Shown: positions 38,970-52,379, counted from the first letter of the stretch. The stretch is DNA of 64,000 bases from Marsupella aquatica (GCA_973895155.1 OZ316898.1:3596480-3660479); one strand, 5' to 3'. Numbers and translations: made by a program. Notes: generated from the sequence alone by a model not told the origin.

Positions 38970-41900
38970 ATGGATTCGTCTGTGGAAGAAACTGGTGTGT
39001 CAAGTGCTCTGGTGAAGTCAGAGAAGATCATGGAATGGCGGTCTCAAATTGAAGAATCCTCATCCTTGAAAATCCAGGGACCCTTGAATCCGAAGGAGTG
39101 GGACGACTTGATGTTCCTTTTGAGAAATGACGATGTCTCTGGAATTGAGCACCTGACTTTGTCTATCGAGGACTTGGGTGGGAGGCCCTGGTCGAAATTG
39201 GGAGGACCTAGAGTAGGCGATACTGGAGTGGGAACTATTCTTGGAACCGTTCGATTCCCAGCGCTCCAGACTCTCGAAATTGACGTGAATCATCGCAATT
39301 TGCCTTTTTATTCTGACAACAAGCCAGTACTCGACGTCGATCGCGAATCGATGCTTGAATTCGACCTGGACTTAGATTTCAGAAAGCGTTTCCTCCCGGC
39401 GCCTTTAAATTGGACATCGGGAGTGAATCCATAGGAGCGGCTTTCAGAACAGGCCAGTTCGCAAACCTTCGTAGACTACGCCTCGGCATCTGGATCGGAA
39501 CAGACCAGTTTAGTAATCGTCGTCCAAGACAAGTCGCCGCCCACGCCAGCATCTGCGAGGCTTTCGATTTCAATCATATATTTGCGGCCCTGGTCGAAGG
39601 ACGTATTTCTCAGTTGACTTCCGTCTCCCTACACTCTACTGCATACCATCGAAGCGTGGCTCAGAACTTGGATGCATTGTTGAAGAGTGGGTGCTTGAGA
39701 AGTTTACGACAACTCAGTATAGGAGGCGAGATCTTTGCCGAACTGGAGTGGACAGTTTTGTCAAACGCAATAAAATCTGGGCGACTGCCAAATCTAAGAG
39801 CGTTCGAACTTGTCCACCTTTCGTTGAAGCAGCATCTCAACTTGGTAGATTTGGTTGAGGGAGCCGGGAATTGGTTCAGCTCGCTTAAAAGTCTCACCAT
39901 ATCTAATTGTCAGCATACCTCAGAGCAAATCTGTGCCATGGTAGACGCGATAATGAAACTCCCTACGTGGGAATCAGCGTTGAAAGTTCTGAATCTCAGG
40001 TCAAATGGTCTGGAGGAAACAGCACTTGATGCTCTGGCAAACTTGGTCGCATCGGGCCGCCTGCAGCAGCTAGAGGAATTGGACTTGAGTAAAAACCCGC
40101 AAATAAGATCTGGCGCCGTTTTGGCAAGGTTGATGGAGAGCATTCAAAGGGGCCGTCTACCTCGACTGACAAAGTTGGACTGGAGAGCCACTGGGAGAGG
40201 CAGCGATGATGAAGGAGCAGAGGCAGTGGCGCAAGCTTATTTTGAGAACAGGTCCCTCACAGCGGCCATCGACATCGACTGGGATCGCGTGCGTGACCAG
40301 TCGTTGGAGGCAAAGGTCGAAAAGTACAAGGATAGGAATGTGCGACTAGTTGCTCTAACGAATGAGGTCGAAAGGGAGGAGGACCTCAAAGTTCTCGTAC
40401 CCTTGTCTTCTGCGAAGGTTTTTCTTTGTGGGTACCCCGAAGTAGGAAAAACTACATTAAGAAAGAGTCTCGGAAAACGTTGTGGCTTAAGCACCCGGTT
40501 AACGTGGGAGACGCGTCCAAAGCTATTCAAGGAGCCACGGACAAAGGGGATTGAATTGAGCCGCATTACAGACACGAACAACACTACGCTAATTCTGTGG
40601 GACCTTGCTGGTCATGAAGAATTCCATGTACTTCACGGTACATTTTTGGCAGATTTGGGATTTGCAGGGGGCAAAGCCACGACATTTGTTCTTGTCTTCA
40701 AAGCACCGCTTGAGGCAAATGTGCAAGCAAAATTCATGTACTGGCTTAAGTTTGTAGCGTCAAGTTCCATAAAACATGTAAAACGCCATGTGGTGATTGT
40801 CTTGAATTGTTTTCGAGGTGAAAAATGCAGTGAGAGTGACAGAAGATACTGGATGAGTTTAATTGAAATATTTGCTCAAAAGTTTACAGATGTACTTTAC
40901 ATTCACCCGGTCCCATTTATAATTGATGTTCGTGCTACTTCAAGGGTCCAACGATTAAAATATTATCTCTTTAACCAGGCAGGAGCACTTTTGCAAGATA
41001 TACAGGTCCCAGGAGCTTGCTTTGAGCTTCTTGAGCGCTTGAAACTGTGGTCGAACGCTGAGGACAAGAGCCACTTTCCCATTTTTACGTGGGAGGCTTT
41101 CGAGAAGGGATGGAAGTTCACGTACAAGGGAGACAAATATTTCCCTCCAAAAGATCTGAGGATTTGGGCTTCATACTTGCATGAGATAGGTGAAATCATC
41201 TACTTTGAGGAGAAAGGACCCAATCAACCCGGATCTGGAAACAAGTGCATTGTGGTTCCTGATCCAGAATGGTTTTGCAAACAAGTTGTGGGCCAATTGT
41301 TGCTCCCGAAAGAGATGCTAGAAGGAGGCAGCTCTATTCAGGTCAGTGCTGATGGATCGATCTCCCTAATCAGGTTCCAAGCGTTCTTTCAGCATTTGCT
41401 TCCAGAAGGAACTGCAAGTGATGATGTTGTTTCAATGCTGGAACAAGTCGGTTTGTGCTTTCGGAAAGGAACAGAGGAAATTATCATACCAGCTCTTATT
41501 CGTGAAGATGATTACACGTCATTTGACTGGGAAGGCCAAGGACTCCACGGAGTGATGGGGAGGTCTCTTGCTACTGAAGACACGGACAGAACTGCCATTC
41601 CTGGGACTCTCTTCCGCCGGCTACAGGTGCAGCTCGCCCAAGATGCGAATTTCGGCGGTCGAACCCCAAAAATGACCGAAAGGCACCTCATGCCACTGAG
41701 GGAAATAAAGGCTCTTCTGGTCAAGGGACAAAAATACTCAAGCTGGAAGCTCACCGGTGACCCAGTGGAGCTAAAGACCCTTCTTTCGGAGAGTGAACTG
41801 CACGGGGTTTTGGGAAGCGCTCAAGGACAGTTTGATGAATGTAAACGGGAGGCAGTATCGCTGGGGCTCTTGACAGAGGATTCTCTGCAAAAGCTAGAAG

Positions 41901-42838
41901 AATTTGAGCAAGAGAATGGTGCCAAGGCGGAAGGTCTTGACGTGGAAGGAGCTACTACCAAATACCGAAGCGATGATGGAGTGGATATAACGAACCGACG
42001 GATTCTCCATGAAATGCGCCAACAGCATCGTCTAACACGCCAGGTTGTCCATGACGATGGTCATCTCACACGGCAGTATATTGAGAAGTCCCAAGAGGAG
42101 ATCCGGCAAAAACAGAATGTTCTGGTCAGGCATATACAAGCGCAACAAGAGTTCTCAATTGAAGAGAGAGAGAGAAGTGTACCCAGGTACATATACTTGT
42201 CCAGAAAGCAAGGCAAATCGAACGTCTGGATAACTTTGAAACAGGCTTTCAACGAATCCTTCGAATTGCACCTCCTCTGCGAGGCTCATTTCAATGATGG
42301 ATTTTTGCACGAAGTTGAAGGCCAAGAAGGTATCCAGTTGACAAGACCCAAGTGGCTGAGCAATATCTCACCTTGGCTTCGCAGGTCCTTACTGGTAGCA
42401 ATAATGGTAGCTAAAACTACAGGCAATATCTACCTACCGGGTGTTTTCAATTTCATTCCAGATTTGAATTTTCTGCAGAATAATGCGGAGGAGTCGTCAA
42501 AAGCAGTGGATAGTGCAGCCACCATGATATTGGAGGAAAATGAAGCCGGGGTGAACCAACTGCAAGGTGATAACAGAAAGTATGGAACCGCAGGAGCACC
42601 AGTAGATTTGAGAGAGCGAATGATTGCCGAGGGAGTCATCAAGGATCTGATTCGTGAAATCGGTGAAGCTGCTTTTAAAAAAAAGATTGGATTGAGGAAG
42701 GTGTTGCTCAGAGCAGCAGCTCGGCCTCATATAGGCAGCTCACCGCAGCCCCAATCTTCTGACCCCCAGTCTTGTGTCAGGTGGATTTGCGAGAGTTGCT
42801 ACAATAGCTACGGGGATGGAGCCAGGGCCATCGGATAG
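38970..42838 (+). pseudogene. TORNADO1-like LRR-Roc-COR gene, copy C, with N-terminal frameshift and COR deletion
   Basis: ATG 38970; frame change between 39358 and 39432; long ORF to 42838 with GYPEVGKT, WDLAGHEEF, COR, coiled coil, LHLLCEAH...LHEV and WICESC; lacks 93 codons (copy A 6320-6598) at ~41661. Confidence 0.85.
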
Positions 42839-45800
42839 AAAGACGAGAGTAGCTTGGATTGGAAACATAAGTGTACAGCGTTGGTCTTGATCCTGTTTGA
42901 TTGTTTATCATACACCGGTGGTCCCGTTGTTCACGTAGTATATAATTAGCATTTGATGTTTCCAGAGTAGGGCAACCCGCGGACCGGACCAAGCGCAAGA
43001 CGCGTCGGGACCAGGTGAAATTTGTCAAGGCATAAAAAATGGGGAATCCTGGGGTCTGTCGACACACTTGCAATGTATCTTCCGAAATATCTGAATGACT
43101 TCTGCGCTGACCTGATTGCACTACGACTCCGAAATATCTGAATGACTTCTGCGCTCGCCTGATTGCACTACAGCTCAGTGACAGATTCTCCGCGAACGAA
43201 GCAGGATTGGGTGACAGGCTGTCTTTGCCACAGAAGCGAGGATTATTGAAACTGGAAGTGGTGGGTGATCGTTATTAATCGAGTTCGTACTTTTTCTCTA
43301 ATATTTCAGGTCTAAAATCAGGCCCAATCATCTAGAGATCTAAAGTGTTTTCAGACACAATTGACCGACTCTGCGTTCGTGCACAAGATTCTTTCAATAG
43401 TTTGAATCGAGATTGTCTTTGTTTGGTCTGGAACGGAAAATTCTCTGACGGGTAAATGTCCAACAAGTACAAAACTCAGGGCATCCCTTAAGGTCAGAAC
43501 TCAATACATTCCCCAAAACTGAGTGATAACCTCGAGGTCTTCGACGATTCCAGTTAAGTGAAGTTTGTCGATCAGTGAGTCCTGGAAGTCCGCCACTAGC
43601 TGTAACGATCAGTTGTGTGGAGGATAGTGTTGATTCAAACTGTCAGCTTTAATTGACCGGAGGTGACCAATCTCGGGCTTTCACTCCACCTTTCACGATA
43701 ATCACTCTTTCTGTTATTTAGGTTGGTGTGTTTTTTCCTTTATTGCTGTGACCCAATTGTAGACTACCTCTCATCCACGTTTTAGATACTCTTCACTACT
43801 ATCTGAAAATAAGTTTAGAGATTTCCTCCCAATCTAGTCATCGGAGCTCATTTTCATCACACTCATCAGTCAAGTAAAGTGATAACAATGTCCACCTTGG
43901 CATTCGACGATCATAGAGGACTGGGCCTTCTCAGAGCATGAAGCAGCTGCCATTCGTCCACCCATGGTCAAGTGCAGGACGTAAGCATAACCTTCCAAAG
44001 AGATTCCTACCCATTAAATGATTTCTGAACCGTCATTACTTAGTCCTTCCCGCCCACATAATTTGTATGGTCTTTCCGGACAAGTTGCTCTTCAGCGTTG
44101 AGGTTTGGTTGGCTCCAGTACATGGTTTTGCCAGCTTCCCTCGTGGAATTCCATAACAAAAGTTACATCTATATGATCATTCCGTGCCAGTGCACACGGC
44201 AGCCGACTGTCGCGAAATTCTCAGGATACTACTGTAGCGAAGAGATAGTCTCTGGAAAGGTACTGAAAGAAAAGTTAGTTGGCTCTTGAGGAAAATCCGT
44301 TTCCTCCGAATTTTGCAAAAGGGTAAACCTTATTATGTGACGCCAGAATTTGGGAGAGAGCCCGGAGGAGACTCGGGTCATTTAATAGAATATTCGACGA
44401 TGACAAGAAGGCAACTCCCATGCTGCCCCTGCCCCCCCCCCCCCACCCCCCTTGCTCCTTTCTACGAATGGCGATAATGCTAATCAATTCCTAGGATGTC
44501 CCGGCTCAATAAATTAGAAACATATGAGGGTTCCGTGTGGCAACTGTGAATTGAGGTGAATCTTGATAAAGAAACTATTCATCTCAAAAATTTCACCTCT
44601 CTGGATAGACAACAAGAACAAATCATTGATGCAGTCCAAGGTTGCATTTTACCAGCCCCCCTGTATGAGAGGACCAGGTCGGGTGAGAATCTTAAAGACA
44701 ATCAACGATGAAAGTAAATTTCCTGGCATCTGTGGGAGGTTCTTCCTTCTAACTGCTCAATCCAACTGATTGCGCAATAAGCACTTATCACTGTTCACGT
44801 ATATGCAAAACTGATAAATCTAAAGATTGGATCAAAAATGGTCACCCGAATCATGGGTGGTATTTCACCTCTCGCCTCCTCCCCATTTTAACTTTCCTGA
44901 ATTCCCTCCCGGGCCCCTTGGAAAACTTCACTGTTCCCTACTTTAGAGTTGCCGTAGCTGCTTGCGAGTGAAGCTCACTTCTCACTTTGTCAGAGGCCCA
45001 AGACTTGGTCACAGCGTTTACTTGAATTGGGCCTTGCAGATGCTCCCCGTAGCCCATACTATGAAACACACCAGTTGCAGATTTCTGACTCTCAAATGTC
45101 TGCGACAGGCGATTTCATCAATTAATTGTTGATGTACTTCGCCTGCTTCTTTGTCGTTCACATCGGCATCAAATGGATGAGGCGATGGAGATTGCCATGG
45201 GTTGCGCTAATTGAGAACACGATTCAGAGCAGGCGAGCTCCATGTTTCTGAAAGGGTTTTAGGCTGTTTCCAAGTTCCAACACTTTCAACTTCACTGCCA
45301 GGCACCATAATAACACTAGAAGCACTTCGCGCACGCGCACTGTCGGCACTCACAATTGTCTTCTCGGACTCGGGGCTCAATTGAGCTCGGCCCCATGTTC
45401 AGCACGGATTCAGAGGCTTCATTCTCCTCATCATCTGCAACTGGAGGTGGAGCACGATTCCTCTTCTTGAACGAAACTCTATGCTTCGCTGTGAAAGTCG
45501 GAGGAGCCCGTGCAACTGGGGACTCAAAACCCGACCGAAGTCTAGGCTGGATCTGAATAATTGCAGGCTGGAAAGGAGAATCAACCACGTTGCACGAGTT
45601 CTCGGTGCTCAAAGATGGTGGCACCGTAGAAGCACTGGGTGCTTGGCCCTCCAAAGGCGGCAATTCCAAATCCTCAATATTGTCAACCCTGGTGATACGC
45701 TGCACGGAGTCCCGCATGGCAAGAATACCCTGGCGTTCACTATTCCACGACGGATCTGACGACAAGTTCCGACCAAACATCAGACATGAAGCGGCATAGC

Positions 45801-45960
45801 AATCAACTCCGAAGTCTCCTCAAGAAAACGGAAAATCACTAACGTCAGGGAGCACAACAACAGGAGCCAGCGGCAAAGGCTCCAGCACTTCTTGTCCAAC
45901 CGACATGGCAGTCGGGGTGGTCACAGTAGTATAGGGTTCAGTAGTAGTGCACTACAGCCG

Positions 45961-46584
45961 CTACCGCGGCAGTTCCAAACGGGGCTTCACATCATTCTCC
46001 AAGAACACCGAACTCCTCTCTTCCAATTCTGCGACCGCGTTGTCCACCTCCTCCTCCTCCGCCTCGCCAACCCCAACCGCGGCAAGCTTCCCCCGATCGA
46101 CCCCCTTCTTCTTGAACACCTTGCAGAGCACGGCTGCAGAGTCCTGCAAGCCGGTGGTGGCGGTGGCGGCTTCCCACTCCTCTCCGCCATCGAGCCGATA
46201 CTCGTGCATCACCCAATGCGTGCGCTTCCCGTGAGGCGCTCTCCCGACGTAGAACACGAGCGTCTTCTTCATACCAATTACAATCTTCGAGCCCGCTTTC
46301 TTGACACATCGATCCCGCCCCGTTGCCTTCCAGTACCCGACCTCGGTGGCGCGATTGCTGCGCAAGCTATTGGCGTACTTCCGATCCCTGGGGCTGAAGA
46401 AGAACCACTCCGAATCGAAGCCCGGAAGAAGCGCCTTCGACGGCAAATCCCATGGCTCGCACTTGTAGAGGTCCACCTCCGCGATCACGTCGAATTCGAT
46501 CTCAATGCCTCTCACTCTCTTCGTCAAATAGTACCCCACAAGCTCCTCGTCTGTGGGGTGGAATCGAAATCCTGGAGGCAGCAT
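45961..46584 (-). CDS. NAC (NAM) domain transcription factor, intronless, probably truncated or pseudogenising
   Basis: LPPGFRFHPTDEELV, DLYKCEPWDLP, WFFFSPRDRKY, GYWKATGRDR, KKTLVFY, WVMHEYRL all contiguous; stop at 45961; the same frame resumes after further stops as ORF 45316-45780. Confidence 0.85.
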   Translation of the reverse strand: MLPPGFRFHPTDEELVGYYLTKRVRGIEIEFDVIAEVDLYKCEPWDLPSKALLPGFDSEWFFFSPRDRKYANSLRSNRATEVGYWKATGRDRCVKKAGSKIVIGMKKTLVFYVGRAPHGKRTHWVMHEYRLDGGEEWEAATATTGLQDSAAVLCKVFKKKGVDRGKLAAVGVGEAEEEEVDNAVAELEERSSVFLENDVKPRLELPR

Positions 46585-49500
46585 TCTTTATTGCTGCACG
46601 ATACGTCAGCTCCACTGTTTCTCGAAGAAGTGTGAACAGAATTCTTGTACTGTGCTGAAAAAGGGTCTACAAAATATAAACAGAGGAAACAGAGGAAAAG
46701 AATCACGAGAGAATGAAAAGAAAGCCAAAGAGTGAACAAAAATGTTGTCCTGTGCTGGAAAAAGAGTTAACAAAATGAAAGAAAGGAAAAGAATCCAGAG
46801 ACATTTAAAAGAAACCAAAGGGTTTGCAAAATAGAAGAGAGTAAAAACAGGGAAAAAATAATCCAGAGAGGATGAAAAGAAACCCAGAGAAAAAACAATG
46901 GGAAGAAAAATGGTACACGAGTCAAATGGAACAAAAGACAATTTATATAAAACCAAGAGAGGCCTCTAGAGTGTGACTCTCTTGGGTTAAAACCTACGAT
47001 AGGGTGGGGGGCAGGAAATTCTTCGCACCAATTAATCACGTCCAAAGGAAGAGCATCAGACTAGTAATACTAACAATCAACCTCAGAAAGAAATGAAATC
47101 TAGCTGTGCAATCCTCACATGAGACTTCACTAAAGTTGGGGTGCCAATAGAAAAGATGGAGCAACAGCATAAAAAATGGGAAGCCATGGAAGATCAAATG
47201 AGTTGGGAGTGGTGACACTGAACCTTTTTTCTATTTGTAAGAGTTGATGAGGTTAACTAACCTGCGTTAGAAGTTAACTCTTAACTTTGTGGCGAAGCAA
47301 GGGTAGCAGTCTTTCTGGTTCGAAAAGTACAGTATGAGTAGCTTTTGCTTCAAACTAGTCGCCTTTTCTTTTGTTCTGTCTTTGTTGTGTATCTTCGTTC
47401 GCAAGTAATTTCATTCTGTCTTTTGGTATTGGTGGCCATCACATTGTGCTAGAATCTACCTTGATGCTCCTTTGGAATGATTGGAAAAATTCTTGAAAGA
47501 TTTTTCAACGATTCCTTTTGTCATTGTTTTACAGATTCTTCAAAAAATTAAAGGCTTTTTCGGTCTACTATTTTTCTTGAGATTCCTGCAAGGTTCTTCT
47601 TTGGATATAAAGTAGATACTTTATGTACTACAGTATGTATTGAAGTGCCAAAGTACAAGAAGTGCCAAACCATGACACACCATCCGAAAGGCAGTAGACC
47701 CAATAAATTGGAGCCACGAAAACACAAGGTAAACCCCCATGAAGACCACTGAGGCCAATAGTCCCCTAAAACTAAAGCCTCTATTGGATAGCAAACTGAA
47801 GGATGGCAAACTGAAAAGTATGGAAAATATCTGGAATAAACTGCATAGGAGCCTCACAGAGAATAATATTTCTAGAGATCCTAAAACCAAGAGTCTTAGT
47901 CCTACAAAGAATAGTGAAATAGTGAATGCTTGAGCCCTCTTACTTCAATAGACACCCATTGTCTAGACAAGACACCATGGACAAGAAACTGGGGGTAAGC
48001 CCTCTACTCTATACAAAAGATCCCAAATGCTTGTAAGAAACTTGTCGGATATACTGTACAGCAAAAGAAGTACCATTGTGATGCCCAAACCACCACAACC
48101 AACATGGCCCATTTTGAAAATGTTACCTTTTATTTCAAATAGTAACTCCTTTCCTTTGCACCAATTTTGCCTTTCTTGTGTCCAAAAGTGCTTGGTCCAT
48201 GGGAGTCCTGAGATTAAATGTTTGGTCCATACAAGCATCTACTGTACTTCCAATTCATAAGTATTCCTCATATCTGTACTAACATGATTGAATATGTTAC
48301 AACCTTGAGCATCAGTTTTTACCTCCAACGATAAGTATGCAATTAAATCAAAATATCAAGGGCTCCAAACCTCGCTCCAAACAAAGACGTGAGAGTAACT
48401 TTGCTGAGAAGCCAAGCATGAGACAGGTAGATGTACGCAAAATTTATGTTAATTTTGAAAATTTTATGGATTAAGTAGCTCAATACCATGCATTGTATAG
48501 AAGGTGTTGTCACATAAATTATGGAGAAAATGATGTTGTTGTGCAATATTGAGAAAATGATGTTGTTATGAAAAAACAACATTGTTGCTTAAAATATATA
48601 CTTGCATAAAAACGATTGTTCAACAAACGAGGTTGTTGTGTATAGGGTTTCATTACTTAACAGACATTGTTGCATACAAAATGTCATTATGCAAAAGATG
48701 TATTTTAGTAAAACATAAATTTGCAGGAATAGAGTACAATGTACAAAGAGAATATTAAAAAAATAGAAAACAAAAAAAAACACTCCTTGTTTTTTTCTTT
48801 CTATTTGTTTTTAATTTCTTGAAGAATAATACAGTATTTTAGTAATATATTTTTCCAAAACATATTACCTCTCAGAAAATTAAATTTGGTTGTAGAATTT
48901 TATTTAACATATTCTTTAGCTTTTTTCAGGCAGGTGTGGGCAGGCAAAGGGCAGCTAGGGCAGATTTCAAGATATGAGGATTGTATAAGTGGATCCCACA
49001 GTGCACAAAAAAGAATATTTTTATGAAAGGCCATGATTGGCTCCCGCACTTTCGCATTTTGTAACAGACCATAGTTTTTTGGCAGTGTAGGGTATCATCG
49101 TGTTTGATGTTGTTCAATGCCCATGGGATCCAAATGTTCATTACATGCAAGGGGTTTGATTGTGATTATATAACTTTGGCTTGTGCAATGCATTTTTTAA
49201 TTTTAATTTTTTTTTGGCTTGTGCAATGCATGATCATTGTTGCACCCATGTTGGTGGGACAATGACCCCGAGTTGCACAAAAATGTCAAGGTCTAACAAC
49301 TACATGCAGGTGAGGCAGGGAAACGATTGTTTTCATTCTGGCTGTGTCAACTGTTAACCATGGTGTGATTGCGGGAATGTAATTGTTGAGGACGAGGGCG
49401 TGGAGGGCGGAGGGGTGCAAGAGTAAGAACATTTGGGCATCATTGAGTCCAAGCGGGGTTGTGCAATGCTATATAGAGGGAAGACATATTATTTTACTTT

Positions 49501-52379
49501 TTTGCATCCCTATTCCTCCCCCTCCCAACAAAATTGCCTTCCCTTTCTTCCCTCCCTCTCTCCTCCCTCCCCCCCTTTTCTCCCCTCCAACACCACTAAA
49601 ACCGAGAAGACAAAATTGGGGGAAAAGACAAAATTAACCATTCTCAAAATCAAGAAGCCAATCACGTTTCATCTCATGTCTTACTTCCCCTCTCCTTCCT
49701 CGCCTCGTACCTTTGGACCTCCATATCAGATAAACTCTTTCCTTTTTAATGTTTCATGCCAAAAAGTACTCTATGCTGTTGATATAGTATAGCCAGCACA
49801 CCAGTCATGTACCCTTGGACATGTACTCTACCTTGTACCCTACCATGAAAGCCATTTTGGGTACCCATTTGAGTCAATCCAACAGTCTCAAACAACCCTG
49901 GATAATATCTAAAGGCAAACTATTGTTCCCTGCTTTTTCAAATTTGTAAACGGACTATGGGAGGGATTTGGCAGGATCCCTTATTATAGTGATTGATCAG
50001 GGAAATGACTTTAAAAATTGTTGACCTATGCAGTAATTAGGAAAGACTACTTTAAAAAAAGAAACAATCAACTAGCCTAAATTGCACACTTTGTAATTTT
50101 AAGGTAATTCTTATCTTAGTTCCTACCATGAATAAATATATATAACTGGTAGTTGGATGCAACATGGAAGCTTTGACAGAATTTTATTGGAATTTTAATT
50201 GAAAATGAATCTTTTGGAATCTTTTTGAGATATTATAATGTCTGTTGAGAATCTTCTTAATAGGTTTGAATTGAATGAGTATTTAGGGAGATTCTAGTAT
50301 GACTGGCCCAATGCAAGTGCGTTGCATGATGGTCATTGCAGTTGTTGCCGCTATGTGGAGGCAAGGAAGTGTTGCAGCAAAAACCTTGCCAATGGTGTCA
50401 CACGTCCAGTCAGGCCATGGGAACAGTGCAGTACTGTTGAGAGTTTCTCAGGAAGGCAAGCAAGGGAGAGACACAAGGGTGGGCAATTGAAAGGGAGGCA
50501 AGGGAGGGGACATTATATTCATGTTTCCTCTCTCCCCAGCTCTCCCTCCCATCTCTCCTCCCCCTCCCCACACAGACATTGGGCAGGGAGGTGCTCCGTC
50601 ATGTGCAGACCAAGGAGCACTTTGGGCAAGAGCTGGGGCAGGGGAGGGGAGGGGTGTAGGGTTGGTCCAACAGCTTGGACAGAAGAGGCCCATCATCCTA
50701 CAGCCAGATTTGCATCCCACCCAAAACTCTTTTGCAAACAGATAAGCATGCATGTCATAGATTGATAAGAAGTTCAAAGATAGGCGAACTGATAATAAAC
50801 TTACATGGACTAGAGTGCAAATAAGTTTTTTATATCCCAGCCAATCCCCACATTATGCAAGATGGCAATGGGTTTCATGCATGACTTTGCTTCTTAACCT
50901 ACTCTGTGGTATGATACTTGTGTGCTAGTTAATACTAGTTCTGCTCTAGATTTGTAGGACTGCTATAATTATTAAGGGTTTCACTTGCGTCAAAACTTGG
51001 AAAGGACTCGCCGACAACTGGTTTTGCTTGGGGTCCCACCAAGCAAACTTTACAAGGTTTAATTCTTCTCATAATTTCAATTGTTCAGATTCCATAATCT
51101 TCGTTCCTAAGACTTAGAGGTTTTCTGTGCAGGAACCTCCCGTTCGGAATTGGGGTTTTGCAAAGAAAGGTGGAATTGCTCTCACGAAACAGTTTTCGTT
51201 TCAGGAGCACTTGTAGGTAATGCAGGTTTCCATTCCAATCAATTTTATGTTTTGATGAGTTTGGTCTCGTCGAGAAAGGAGGAGATCTCACAGCGGGAGG
51301 GGCAGGCACACAAAAAAGGTAGATGCAATTTCTGTAAAAGGTAGATGTCAATTCGGCAATTTCTGTGAGCAGGACTTCAGATAATTTTTTTTTGAAAAAG
51401 GCAGTGTCTTCCTAGCCACGGGTATTCTTGCTCCACAATGCATTTCTCGGGTGTAAAAAAATGCACTTTCATTATTAAAGGGTTGGCTAAACCCTGAACC
51501 CTGGACCCCAAAACCTACAGTAGCAAGGCAAACGAAATCAACTGCGGGCACAGGCTACTAGACAAAAAGTGGAGCTGTAACGTTCTTGAACAGAGCTGAC
51601 TGCAGCAGTCTCCCAAAGATGTGATTACAGAAAGTAGCTGGATCACCACGTAATGCCACTGGCTGATGCAAGAATTGTCTCCAGACGCGAAAGAGTTCTC
51701 TACCACAAGGGCCGTGTTTTCATCTTTAGATCAAGTTTTTAAAACAGGGCGTATCGCGAGGGTTGTGTTCGTCCATAGATATTCATCTCGAGCACCCTTT
51801 AGCTTGATTCGGCCTTCCGCTTTCAAACGCAACTTTTCAGAGAAAATCACGAAACGCTACCATATTGTTCATCCCATACGTTGCCATGCAAGAAAAGGGC
51901 AAAGGAGCGACCACGGCCACGGCCACTTCTCTTTGCCTGCTCCGAAAGGCAGGTCTGGTAGAACAGAACAATGTTACAACAATGAAATCCTTTGTAGGAA
52001 CCTAGCATCATCCGGCGGACAAACTGAAAAAGACTGGACAACTGCAAATTTGCTAATTACTGGACTTCACGTTATTGGACCGTTGACCATACAGCAATCC
52101 AGTTTCTAAAGATATACTCTCGGACCAGACTTCCACCTCAGGGAATTTCTTCGATACTGAAAGCCAAGCCACAAGGATAACATGTCAGGATTGCTTCACT
52201 TGGTCAATTTAGAACCTTTGGACTGTGGGTCTCAAGCTGCCCCATCCAGCATTGTGTGCATTTTGTCCAATAATGTCTAGCCATGTTATTAGAACCTAGT
52301 TTTTCATGAAGGGGACTCGGGAAAACAACTCCGCCCAATCCTAGTTTCTTATTAATTCTGATGACGACGTTGCATCCAG

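Noticed and set aside
39340-39434. Programmed -1 frameshift in copy C
   Set aside because: No convincing X XXY YYZ site (CCTTTAAAT is imperfect in the needed frame); a 1-nt deletion or assembly error is simpler.
45892-46635. 247-aa plus-strand ORF
   Set aside because: Antisense shadow of the GC-rich NAC coding region.
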